DNA of 64,000 nucleotides from Spirochaetia bacterium (GTDB taxonomy: Bacteria; Spirochaetota; Spirochaetia; SZUA-6; Bin103). Under the pieces are notes generated by a model. The model made no database searches. It was not told the DNA's origin and saw only the letters and a program-made list of their open reading frames with translations. Shown here piece by piece: positions 39,652-49,094 of this stretch. Positions within the stretch are counted from its first letter, which is position 1. Each line of letters begins with the position of its first letter. The position numbers were made by a program, and so were the translations under genes. Location: contig CBDBDQ010000005.1 in NCBI GenBank assembly GCA_965203905.1, positions 6,304,001-6,368,000 on the forward strand. The letters are read 5' to 3'.

Positions 39652-40329
39652 CTACAACGGTTCGTCGACGCGCACGTAGCGCGCCAGGTCCTGGGAGATC
39701 ACCACCGAATCCTGTGCGTCCTCGCGCTCCAGGATCAACTCTTCGTCGTTCACGCTGGTCAGCTTGATCGCCACGCCGGGCAGCAGCCGGTTCTCGTGCA
39801 GCAGGTGCATCAGGTCGGAGTTCTCCTCCGCCTCCTCGGTGATGCGTAGAATCCGGGTCTCCTCACCCTCCTCCACCTCCGTCAGGCGCCGTGCGTCCAG
39901 CAGCCGCCGCTCGTCACGGGAACCGGGAAAGGGATTGCCGTGCGGACAGGTCGTGGGCCGCCCCAGGCGTTCGAACAGGTGTTCCTCCAACCGCGACGAC
40001 AGCGAGTGCTCCAGCCGGTCGGCTTCCTCGTCCACGTCGACCCAGTCGAACCCCAACTCGTCGACCAGCAACCGCTCCAGCAGGTAGTGACGCCGGATGG
40101 TACGCTCCGCCTGCTTGCGGCCACGCGGGGTCAAGCGCAGTCCGTCGTCCGGGTCGAGCACGGCCAGACCATGTTGCGCCAGGCGCTTCATCGCCTGAGT
40201 CACCGCCGGGGGCGACACTCCCACGCGTTCCGCGATGCGGGCCCCGATCACCGGGCGTCCCTCGCGCAGCAGCAGATAGAGCTGTATGAGGTATTCGTTT
40301 TCGGTAGCGGATGAGCGTCTCGCAGTCAC
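39652..40329 (-). CDS. DtxR/MntR-family metal-dependent regulator with FeoA-like domain
   Basis: ENEYL, VSPPAVT, RRHYLLE, LEH, CPHGNPFP. Confidence 0.92.
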   Translation of the reverse strand: MTARRSSATENEYLIQLYLLLREGRPVIGARIAERVGVSPPAVTQAMKRLAQHGLAVLDPDDGLRLTPRGRKQAERTIRRHYLLERLLVDELGFDWVDVDEEADRLEHSLSSRLEEHLFERLGRPTTCPHGNPFPGSRDERRLLDARRLTEVEEGEETRILRITEEAEENSDLMHLLHENRLLPGVAIKLTSVNDEELILEREDAQDSVVISQDLARYVRVDEPL

Positions 40330-40440
40330 AACAGCAGTACCAGTCGACCCTGCAGCATGATAGCCGCCAGCCGAGCGGGGGTCAAGGAATCCAAAGCTGC
40401 CGGTAGCTGCCGGCCTGCCAGCGGCAGCCGCGGCCGCGAC

Positions 40441-42828
40441 TCAGGCCCTGGCTGCCTGGTAGCGCAGGAACGCCGGCAGCACCACCAGCGAGCCGACCGC
40501 CGCGGCCACGATGGTCACCGCCAGCAGTGCGCCCAGCCTGGCCACGGGAGCGAAGCTGGACAGCGCCAGCACCAGCAGTCCGGCCGCCAGCGACGCCGTG
40601 TTGATCAGGATGGCGCGCCCGGAGGTCGTCATGGTTGCCCGAATGGCGGCCTCTGGCCCGCCGTTGCCGCCGGAGCGCAGGCGTCGCGTGACGCCGACGA
40701 TCACGTGCACCGCATAGTCCACACCGGCGCCCACCGCCACGCTGGTGAACATCATCGTCAAGGTGTCGAGGGCGGTCCCGGTCAGCGCCAGGGAGGCGAG
40801 AATTACCACGATGCCCAGGGCCATGGGCAGCAACGCCAGGGCGCCCAGGGTCGCGGAGCGGAAGCCAAGGGCCGCGATCAGGAACACCAGCGCCACGGAC
40901 ACCGCAATCGATATCACGTGATCGCGCGCCAGCACCTCGGTGAGGCGCAACGCCGCCACGCTGCCGCTCCAGATGTGAAACGTGACGCCGGCCGGAAGCA
41001 GCTCGCGCGCAAGTCGCTCGACATGCTCCAGAAACTCCCGGAATCGGCCCTCCAGGAAGAAGGTCCCATGCTCGGCGTCGAACACCCGTGCGTTCATATG
41101 CAGCTGGGACCCGTCGAGGTCGAGCGGCGACGGCCCCTGCGCCACTCCCGCCGTCCGCCGCGCCGCCATCAGCCGTGCCAGCAGCAGCACGGCGGCGCGT
41201 CGTTCCGGAACCGCATGGCTGCCGGTCAGCGCCTGATTCATGCGCTGCAACTCGGACACGAAGGAGTAGCTCCAGCTCACGCCGGGCAGGGCCCGCACCT
41301 CCCGCTCGAACCGCTCCACCGCCTGCAGCCGCTGGGGATCGAGGAAGAAACCGGCCGGCACCGCACCCGACGCATCGCGCGGACCGGTCATGGTGACGTT
41401 GAAGTCCACGAACCCGCCGAGTCGGCGCTGCACGTGCAGGTTGCTGTCCATCACCGAGTCGGCGCCGCGGAAGAAGCGCGTGAAGTCGGTCTCGTAGCGC
41501 AGCCGGAGCGTCGCGAACCCGAGCAGGAGGAATGCCGCCGGCACCACGATGGCGATGGCGCGGCGGTGGCGCAGCACCCACGCCGCCAGCGCTGCCAGCA
41601 GCCGCGGCCGCCCGGCTGCCGCGGTCCGTGCCGCGGGCGGCCGCACCCGCAGCACCTGCAGGCAGGCGGGGAGAAACACCAGCGCCAGGATGGCGCAGTA
41701 GGCGATTCCCAGGCCGGTGATCACGCCGAATTCCCGCACCGCGGCAACGGAAGCGGTGGCCAGACCGCCGAATCCGGCCGCGGTGGTGACGGCAGCCAGA
41801 ATCACGGTCGCCGCCACTCCGGAAACGGCGGTGACCGGTGCCGCGAGCCGCCGCCCGACTGCGGCCGCGCTGGGCGGCGTGCCGGCGCGCGCCGTCGTGT
41901 CAGGCAGCAGGTATGCGGTGAGGACGTGAACGCTGTAGGCGCTGCCGAGGGTCATCACGAACGGCGGCGTGGTCACACTCACGATGGTGAAGTCGAGTCC
42001 CAGCACGCTCATGCTGCCGACCGTCCACACCGTGGCGATACCTACCACCAGCACCGGCAACATCATTGCCGCCAGCGAGCGAAAGCTCAGGTAGTAGGTG
42101 GCCATGATCACCAGCACCGACACCACCAGGAGCAGCGGCAGATCCGCGGTCAGGTGGTCGCGCGTCGCGGCGTCGATGGTCTGCATGCCGGCCAGCCACA
42201 CCTCCAGCCCCAGCTCGCGCAGCGGTCGCACCGCCTCCCGCACCGCCGCCAGCAACTCACCGTAGTCGCTGCGCAACGGCACGTTGAACAGCACCCCCAG
42301 CGAGGCCCCGTCCTCGGACACCACCAGGCCGCGGGCCAGCGGATCGGCCATCAGGCGGCGACGGAACTCCTGTGCCGCCGCCGCGTCCGCCGGCGCCCTG
42401 CCCTCCGGAGCAAGCCGCTCGACGCGCAACGGACCGTCGCGCGCGGTGAAGAAGAGGAACCGAAACGGGTCTACCGTTGCCGTGACCTCGGGCCGCGCCT
42501 CGATCCGCTCCATCGCGGCGTACAGCGCGGCCAGGCTCGCGGGCCCGTAGGTGTCCTCGCCTTCCAGCAACAGCACCAGCCAGTCGCGCTGCGCCCGGCT
42601 CTGCCCGTGGGCCTCCATCAGGCTGGTGATCTCGGAATCCTGTGGCAGCAGCTCGTCGAGGTTCGCGCGCACCCCTACCCGGGTCGCCTGCCACGCGGCC
42701 AGCAGCGTGAGCAGCGCCACCAGGGCGATGATCGGCAGCGGATAGCGGCCCGCGACATCCAGGCCCTTTTGCACCGCGCGCTCCAGCCACCCAGCGCCGC
42801 GAGAGGCGCGCGGCTCAGGACGCGGCAC
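40441..42828 (-). CDS. MMPL/RND-family lipid exporter
   Basis: Two repeats of periplasmic loop plus TM bundle; GAGVDYAVH; GGAG before GTG at 42828. Confidence 0.85.
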   Translation of the reverse strand: MPRPEPRASRGAGWLERAVQKGLDVAGRYPLPIIALVALLTLLAAWQATRVGVRANLDELLPQDSEITSLMEAHGQSRAQRDWLVLLLEGEDTYGPASLAALYAAMERIEARPEVTATVDPFRFLFFTARDGPLRVERLAPEGRAPADAAAAQEFRRRLMADPLARGLVVSEDGASLGVLFNVPLRSDYGELLAAVREAVRPLRELGLEVWLAGMQTIDAATRDHLTADLPLLLVVSVLVIMATYYLSFRSLAAMMLPVLVVGIATVWTVGSMSVLGLDFTIVSVTTPPFVMTLGSAYSVHVLTAYLLPDTTARAGTPPSAAAVGRRLAAPVTAVSGVAATVILAAVTTAAGFGGLATASVAAVREFGVITGLGIAYCAILALVFLPACLQVLRVRPPAARTAAAGRPRLLAALAAWVLRHRRAIAIVVPAAFLLLGFATLRLRYETDFTRFFRGADSVMDSNLHVQRRLGGFVDFNVTMTGPRDASGAVPAGFFLDPQRLQAVERFEREVRALPGVSWSYSFVSELQRMNQALTGSHAVPERRAAVLLLARLMAARRTAGVAQGPSPLDLDGSQLHMNARVFDAEHGTFFLEGRFREFLEHVERLARELLPAGVTFHIWSGSVAALRLTEVLARDHVISIAVSVALVFLIAALGFRSATLGALALLPMALGIVVILASLALTGTALDTLTMMFTSVAVGAGVDYAVHVIVGVTRRLRSGGNGGPEAAIRATMTTSGRAILINTASLAAGLLVLALSSFAPVARLGALLAVTIVAAAVGSLVVLPAFLRYQAARA

Positions 42829-43098
42829 GGGCGCTCCATGACGGCACCCGAGGCACACTCGGGAGCGGTCGATCGCCGCGGTCGGTGAAGGGCACGGTGA
42901 TGCGCGGTTCGTGTCGCTGAGCAGGTGACGGCAGGGCGGGCACAGTGTCACCCGATCACGGCCGGCGTGGCAAGGGATGGCGCCGGCCGGCCCGCCGGAG
43001 GCGCCGCCCCGCCACCCCGCCCCGCCGAACGAACGTTGCCACGGTCCCGCGGCAGGGCATATACTGCGTGCCTGCTCGCTCGGCGAGCGCTCTGTTTC

Positions 43099-44382
43099 AT
43101 GCGCATCTGCGTGGTCGCCCTCGGCACCCAAGGCGATGTCCGGCCGCTGCTAGCCCTCGCCGCCGGGTTGCGGGCCACGGGCGAGCGCGTCACGGTCGCC
43201 ACTCACCGCTACTACGAGCAGATGGTTGCCGCGCGCGGCCTCGACTTCGAGCCGATCGAGGGGAACCCGCGGGACATCATAGACAGCCGACTGGGCCGGG
43301 GCTGGGTGCAAACCGGCACCAATCCGCTGCTGTTCACCCGCTACCTGCGCGCGCTTGCCGGCTCGCTAGGGCAGGAGCTGATGGTGGATTGCTACCGGGC
43401 GTGCCGCGGCGCCCAGGCCATCGTGACCGGACTGCTCGGCTACTTCGCCGCCTGCCACGTGGCGGAGCGGCTCGAGGTACCGTTGGCCGCGGCGTTCCTG
43501 CAGCCGGTCACCCCGAGCCGGCACCTGCCGTCGGTGTTCTTCGCCGACATCCGCGCACCCGCCCCGGCCCGGCGCTGCTACAACTTCGCCAGCCACTTCC
43601 TGGTCGAGCTGATGATCTGGAGCGTGCTGCGGCGCGAGGTGAACCGCGCCCGCGCCAACGTGCTCGGGCTGCCGGAAGTACCCCGGCTGAGCACCTTTGC
43701 GCGCTACCTGCGCGACCACCTGGTGCTGTACGGGTTCAGCCCCACCGTGCTGAGCCCGCCTGCCGACTGGCCGGACGGGGTACGGGTGACCGGTTACTGG
43801 TTTCTCGATGAGACCGGCTCCGACTGGCGGCCCGACGCTGCGCTCACGGCGTTCCTGCAGCGCGGAACGCCCCCGGTCTACGTCGGTTTCGGCAGCATGA
43901 GCGGCGCCCAGGAAGACGCTCTCACGACCATTGTGCTCGCCGCGCTGCGACGCTGCGGGCTGCGCGGGGTCCTCGCCACCGGCTGGGGCGGACTCGGGGC
44001 CGCACAGCTCCCGGACGACATGCTGATGCTGGACTGGGTGCCTCACGACTGGCTGTTTCCGCGCACCGCCGCCATCATCCACCACGGCGGAGCGGGTACC
44101 ACTGCCACCGGACTCCGCTGCGGCGTGCCTCAGGTGATCGTGCCGTTCTTCGGCGACCAGCACTTCTGGGGGCAGCGCATCAGGGAACTGGGGGTGGGGC
44201 CGGCCCCGGTGACCCGGCGCCGGCTGACCGCCGACCGCCTGACCGCCGCACTGACCGAGGCCACTACCGATCCCGCGGTGCGGGAACGGGCCCGCGCCGC
44301 CCGCACCCGCATCCGCGCCGAGGACGGTGTGCGGACCGCGGTAGCGGTGTTCCGCAATTCACTGCAAGGAACAAGACGGTGA
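43099..44382 (+). CDS. Family 1 glycosyltransferase (sterol/lipid glucosyltransferase-like)
   Basis: GTQGDVRP, VGFGSM, VPHDWLFP, HHGGAGTT, PFFGDQHFWG. Confidence 0.9.
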   Translation: MRICVVALGTQGDVRPLLALAAGLRATGERVTVATHRYYEQMVAARGLDFEPIEGNPRDIIDSRLGRGWVQTGTNPLLFTRYLRALAGSLGQELMVDCYRACRGAQAIVTGLLGYFAACHVAERLEVPLAAAFLQPVTPSRHLPSVFFADIRAPAPARRCYNFASHFLVELMIWSVLRREVNRARANVLGLPEVPRLSTFARYLRDHLVLYGFSPTVLSPPADWPDGVRVTGYWFLDETGSDWRPDAALTAFLQRGTPPVYVGFGSMSGAQEDALTTIVLAALRRCGLRGVLATGWGGLGAAQLPDDMLMLDWVPHDWLFPRTAAIIHHGGAGTTATGLRCGVPQVIVPFFGDQHFWGQRIRELGVGPAPVTRRRLTADRLTAALTEATTDPAVRERARAARTRIRAEDGVRTAVAVFRNSLQGTRR

Positions 44383-45389
44383 TACTGGTTACCGGCGCCT
44401 CCGGCATGATCGGCGGTGAGCTGGCGGCACAGCTCGCCGCCGCCGGCGTGCCGGTGCGCTGCCTGCTGCGCCCGTCGAGTGACAGCTCGCGGCTCGCGGA
44501 TCTTGGGGTGGAGGTGGTGCGCGCCGACCTCGACGACCCGGCCGCCATCGCCGCGGCGGTGGCCGGAGCGTCCCGCGTGTACCACGTCGCCGGTTATCTG
44601 CACGCCGGGGCGCCGTTCAGCGCCGGCGAGGACTATGCGCCCTATCGTGCGGCCAACGTCGACCTCACCGCCCGCCTGCTGGCCGCCAGCGCGGATGCCG
44701 GTGTCGAGCGGTTTCTGTTCGCCAGCACCGTCGGCGTCTACGGGTCCGCGGCCGTTTCGCCGGTCGCTGAAGACAGCCCCACCGAGCCGTTCTCCGCTTA
44801 CGGCCGCTCGAAGCTGGAGGCGGAGGGACTGGTGCGCGACTACGCACGCCGCGGCCTCGACACGACCATCGTACGTCCCAGCGCCACCTACGGGCCGGGG
44901 GACCGCCACTTTCTGCCTGCCGCGTTGGCGCTGGCACGCAAGCGCCGAATCCCGCTGGTCGACGGCGGGCGCCACCTGGTGGACTTCGGCTACGTCACCG
45001 ACGTCGTGCGCCTGATGGTGCTGGCAGGCGACTCGGCGGCGGCCAGCGGCAGGACCTACAACGCCGCCTCCGGGGCTCCTCAACCCCTGCGCGACCTGTT
45101 CGCGGCGTACGCCTCCCTGACCGGGCAGCGGCCGCCCGCCATCATTCCCGTGCCGGCCGGCGTGTGCCGCGCGTTGGGTCCGCTGCTGCATGCCGCCGTG
45201 CGCCTCGTCGCACCTGAAATGAGCGCCCTGGTGACGCGTGAGGGGCTGGGCTACCTGGCGCGGGACGTCAGCTACGACATGACACGGGCGCGCGCGGACC
45301 TCGGCTTCCACCCGCAGGTCGACTTCCGCACCGGGCTGGCCCTGACGCTGGAGTCACCAAGGACACTCCGTGACACGGAAAGACCATGA
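44379..45389 (+). CDS. Extended SDR (NAD-dependent epimerase/dehydratase, 3-beta-HSD-like)
   Basis: VTGASGMIG, YGRSK, RPSATYGPGD; GTGA overlap with the GT gene. Confidence 0.88.
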   Translation: MILVTGASGMIGGELAAQLAAAGVPVRCLLRPSSDSSRLADLGVEVVRADLDDPAAIAAAVAGASRVYHVAGYLHAGAPFSAGEDYAPYRAANVDLTARLLAASADAGVERFLFASTVGVYGSAAVSPVAEDSPTEPFSAYGRSKLEAEGLVRDYARRGLDTTIVRPSATYGPGDRHFLPAALALARKRRIPLVDGGRHLVDFGYVTDVVRLMVLAGDSAAASGRTYNAASGAPQPLRDLFAAYASLTGQRPPAIIPVPAGVCRALGPLLHAAVRLVAPEMSALVTREGLGYLARDVSYDMTRARADLGFHPQVDFRTGLALTLESPRTLRDTERP

Positions 45390-45471
45390 GAACGGCGCGT
45401 GGGGCAGTGCACGGTGGCCGCCACTTTCGCGTTAGGCCGCCCGCGCCTGACGCGGCGGGAACGGGGCGCCG

Positions 45472-47508
45472 TCAGAACCGGTAACTGGCGCAGGCGACCT
45501 CGATGCCCGGCCCCACCGCCAGAAACAGACCCAGAGCTCCGGCCGGCATGGCGCGCCCCCGAATTGCTTCCCAGCCGGCGGCGGCCGCCGAGGTGAACAG
45601 ATCCTCCGTCCCACAGGCCACCAGCCGGTCGCGCTCCACCTCCAGAGCGGCGGCGAGGCGGGTCAGGAACTCGGGCGAGAGTTGTGGCGGAAAGATCACC
45701 GCGAAATCGTCCAGGGTGCGCTGCTCCCGCCGCAGCATGGCGTGTACGCTCTCGACCAGCGCCTCCAGGTAGCAGTCCTGCAGCCCGGCGTCGCTGACGA
45801 TCCGCAACCGCGGCGGTCCGGAGGTATCGGTCTGCGCGGAGGAGCGAAACCGTTCCAGGTCCTCTGGACGACTGCCGAAGTAGAAGCTGCAAAACCCCGT
45901 CGCATCCCCACTACGCTCCAACACCAGGGCCGCCCCCGCGTTGGCAACAGGCAACGGAGGCTGTCCGGACACCGGCGTCTCGCCGAACTCCGAGGCAGTC
46001 ACCACGCCGACCCCATCGCGGGACAGCAGCAGGCGGCCCGCCACCTGACATGCCATCAGCACGCCGGGCGGGCCGTTCATCAGGTCGAACGCCAGCACCG
46101 GTCGCGTGCCCGCGTCGGTGCAGGAGCCCCTGAGCCCGAGTTCACGCGCCACCAGCGTCGCCAGCGCGGGCTCGGAAACGAACGCCTCGCGATAGATGCC
46201 GGAGTACAGCAGCAGGCCGAGGTGCCGGTCGCCGGCCGCCGCCGCGTCCAATGCACGTGCCACGGCGCTCGCCGCCAGCTTCACATTGCCGCGCTCCGCG
46301 GAGTCTGCACCGGTGGCCGTCGCTGCCGCCCCGATGCGTACCCGTTCCCCGACGGGTATCGCCTGGTAGTAGCCGCCGCCGGTCGTGTCACCCGCTTGTT
46401 GCGCCGTTGCGGGCGACTGCTGCGAAGATCGTCCATTGGCGCTTCCGGCGGCGAAGCTGCCCACCCGATACTGCGCCAGGCCGATGGTGATGCCGGAGGC
46501 CTGGATGCTGAACAGCACCCGCTGGCCGGGCTGTATCGCGGTGTCGTCGATCAGATCCTTGAGCGCCACCCAGTGCGATGTCGTCGCCGTGTTCCCCCGG
46601 TGCTTGAGGTTGTCCACCATGTTGCCCGTGTGACACACCGTGCGGCCGAAGCGGCGGTTGGTCATGCGCGTAGCTTCCTTGATGGAGTTGGACGAAGTCT
46701 GATGCGGTATGAAGTACCGCGGATCGTCCACCACCCGGCCGCCGGTCACCAGCGCGTGATAGTGTGCCACGATGTCGCTCAGCGCGGCCCGCGCCAGGGC
46801 CACCGAATCGGTGAACATGATGGCGCCGTGGGTCTCCGCGGAATGGGCGATGCACAGGTCGGCGTGCTCCGGCACGGTGTACAGATCGAGGAACTCGAAC
46901 CCCTCCCCCTGCTCCAGGAGCAGGCAGATGCCCGCGTCGCCCAGCGTCAGGCACGCCAGGCGCTGGTCCTGAACTCCGCTCAGCTCGCGCTGGGCGGTGT
47001 CCGTGAGATGGGTGATATACTCCCCGCTCACCACCAGGGCGCGGCGCACGTCGCCGCGACGGATCAGCTCATCCACCACCAGGATCGCCGTGAACACTCC
47101 GGCGCAGGCGTTGCTGAGGTCGAACGCCAGGGCGCCGTGCAGCCCCAAGTGCTTGCGCAACAACGTTGCCGCGGCCGGCTCGAGGTTGAAGGTATCCGGC
47201 GAGTCCTGCTTGGAGATGTTGGCTGCGACGATCAGATCGATGGTGGACGGATGATGGCGCGACTGCGCCAGGCATCTGGCGACCGCGTGCTTGGCCAGGT
47301 CGAACGAGAACTCGGTCTCCCCCGCCATGCGCCGGCTGCGGATGCCGGTCATGCGCTCCAGCGGCACCAGCACCCGGCGCCGGCAGCCTTTGACCACGGC
47401 ACGGGTAGTTACTTCCCGCTCCGGCAGATAGACGCCCAGGCTCTCGACGCTCGTATTCGCGGATACACCCCAAGTCCCAGGCTGGCCCTTCATGAATGGG
47501 TCGACCAT
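45472..47508 (-). CDS. Di-domain 3-oxoacyl-ACP synthase III / OleA-like condensing enzyme; start uncertain
   Basis: Domain 1: FDLSNACAG, IPHQ, GNT; domain 2 homologous but FDLMNGPPG and FPPQ. Confidence 0.82.
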   Translation of the reverse strand: MVDPFMKGQPGTWGVSANTSVESLGVYLPEREVTTRAVVKGCRRRVLVPLERMTGIRSRRMAGETEFSFDLAKHAVARCLAQSRHHPSTIDLIVAANISKQDSPDTFNLEPAAATLLRKHLGLHGALAFDLSNACAGVFTAILVVDELIRRGDVRRALVVSGEYITHLTDTAQRELSGVQDQRLACLTLGDAGICLLLEQGEGFEFLDLYTVPEHADLCIAHSAETHGAIMFTDSVALARAALSDIVAHYHALVTGGRVVDDPRYFIPHQTSSNSIKEATRMTNRRFGRTVCHTGNMVDNLKHRGNTATTSHWVALKDLIDDTAIQPGQRVLFSIQASGITIGLAQYRVGSFAAGSANGRSSQQSPATAQQAGDTTGGGYYQAIPVGERVRIGAAATATGADSAERGNVKLAASAVARALDAAAAGDRHLGLLLYSGIYREAFVSEPALATLVARELGLRGSCTDAGTRPVLAFDLMNGPPGVLMACQVAGRLLLSRDGVGVVTASEFGETPVSGQPPLPVANAGAALVLERSGDATGFCSFYFGSRPEDLERFRSSAQTDTSGPPRLRIVSDAGLQDCYLEALVESVHAMLRREQRTLDDFAVIFPPQLSPEFLTRLAAALEVERDRLVACGTEDLFTSAAAAGWEAIRGRAMPAGALGLFLAVGPGIEVACASYRF

Positions 47509-47681
47509 AGCATAGTCGGCGCCTGCGGGACAGTCCCGCCGGCGTGCCCGGCGTGCCATCGGGGTTGGCGATCGGGTCCCGTTGCGTGCGGTTCGGGTCC
47601 GTTCCGTTTCCGTTCCGTGCTGCCCCATTGACCGGGAGCGGCAACGAGTGTAGCGTGACGCCCGCCCCGAAACCGCGGCCG

Positions 47682-49094
47682 ATGTCTGACTATCCAGCCC
47701 GCATTCGCGCCCTCCACGACCAACTCAGCGGCATAGCCGTCGACTGGGCCCTGGGCAGACCGGTCGACGAGGCGGCCGCCCGTAGCGTGCGCGGTGCGGT
47801 GATCGCCGCCAATCACCGCCACTACTACGAGCGGATTCCCATCTACCGCAAGCTCGCCACCCAGGCCGGGATCGGCGCCGAGGCGACCATCGAGCAGATC
47901 ATCCGCGAGATGATGTCCACCGATCACATCTTCAAGTCCTATCCGCAGGCGCACCTGGACAACAACGACTACGGCGCCATGAACGAGTGGCTGCGGCAGG
48001 TGTTCGACCGGCAGGTTGCGGTGCCGGTCGCCGACGTCGATTCGGTGGACGCCTGGTTGCAGCGGCTGCAGGAGGCGGGGATCCACACGGTATTCAGCTC
48101 CGGCACCAGCGGCCACATCTCCTTCGTACCGCGCGACGCGTATACCTGGTCCCAGCTCACCGGTTTGAGTACGTGCTACATCCCGCTGTTTCAGATGCGC
48201 CAGGGCATTGCCCGCGGCTGGGAGCGCGTCGCCGCCCGTACCGCTGCCCGGGTGCTGTCGCCGGGCGGGTTCGCGCAGTTCTTCCAGCGCCACGGGCTGC
48301 GCAGCTTCGACGGGTTCTTCCTCTCCTTTTCCGGCGGCACCCAGGGGACCCAGGTGGTGGGACAGGTAATCGCCCGCATGGTCCGTCGTGCCACCTTCCT
48401 GTTCGACCTGCGACTGTCGGCCACGGCGGTGCGCGCGCTGGTGCGCGGGCCGGCCGATGAACGGGAGCAGCGCCTGGCCGATGCGTTCGTGGAAGCCACC
48501 GTGCAACGCCGGGAGGAGAATTACCGCCGGGTGCTGGCGGCAATGCGCGACTCGGTCGCCGCCCGCCGGCGGGCGCTGGTGTTCGGCGCGCCGTTCATGA
48601 TCAAGGAGTTCTGCGACTGGCTGGTCGCCGCTGGCGAGGAGCTTGCGCTGCGGCCCGGCAGCATGCTGTTTCACGGCGGCGGCTGGAAGAGCTTCGAAGG
48701 CGACCGCATCGACGAGCCGGCGTTCCTCGCATTGGTGGAGCAGGCCACCGGAATCACCGCCGGCAACGTCAGCGAAGGTTACTCCATGACCGAGGCGCAG
48801 GTGGTGTTCCCGCGTTGCCGCGAGGGACGCTTCCACGTTCCGCCGATCACCGAGACGGTGATCTTCGACGACGCGCTGGAGCTCCTGGAGGGTGACGACG
48901 TGTACGGCGCGCTCGGGTTTCTCGACCCCTTCGCCGCCTGCTATCCGGGCTTCATCATCACCGGCGACAACGTGCGGCGACGGACCGATAAGTGTCCCTG
49001 CGGCGTTGGCGGGGTCACCATCACCGACATCGGGCGCGTAGCCGGCCGCGAGGTGAAGGGGTGCGGCGGCATCATGGCCGCCATGCAGGGCTGA
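47682..49094 (+). CDS. LuxE-like acyl-protein synthetase
   Basis: SSGTSG, FGAP, HGGGWK, YSMTE, FHVPP, YPGFIITGD, GR...EVKGC. Confidence 0.82.
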   Translation: MSDYPARIRALHDQLSGIAVDWALGRPVDEAAARSVRGAVIAANHRHYYERIPIYRKLATQAGIGAEATIEQIIREMMSTDHIFKSYPQAHLDNNDYGAMNEWLRQVFDRQVAVPVADVDSVDAWLQRLQEAGIHTVFSSGTSGHISFVPRDAYTWSQLTGLSTCYIPLFQMRQGIARGWERVAARTAARVLSPGGFAQFFQRHGLRSFDGFFLSFSGGTQGTQVVGQVIARMVRRATFLFDLRLSATAVRALVRGPADEREQRLADAFVEATVQRREENYRRVLAAMRDSVAARRRALVFGAPFMIKEFCDWLVAAGEELALRPGSMLFHGGGWKSFEGDRIDEPAFLALVEQATGITAGNVSEGYSMTEAQVVFPRCREGRFHVPPITETVIFDDALELLEGDDVYGALGFLDPFAACYPGFIITGDNVRRRTDKCPCGVGGVTITDIGRVAGREVKGCGGIMAAMQG

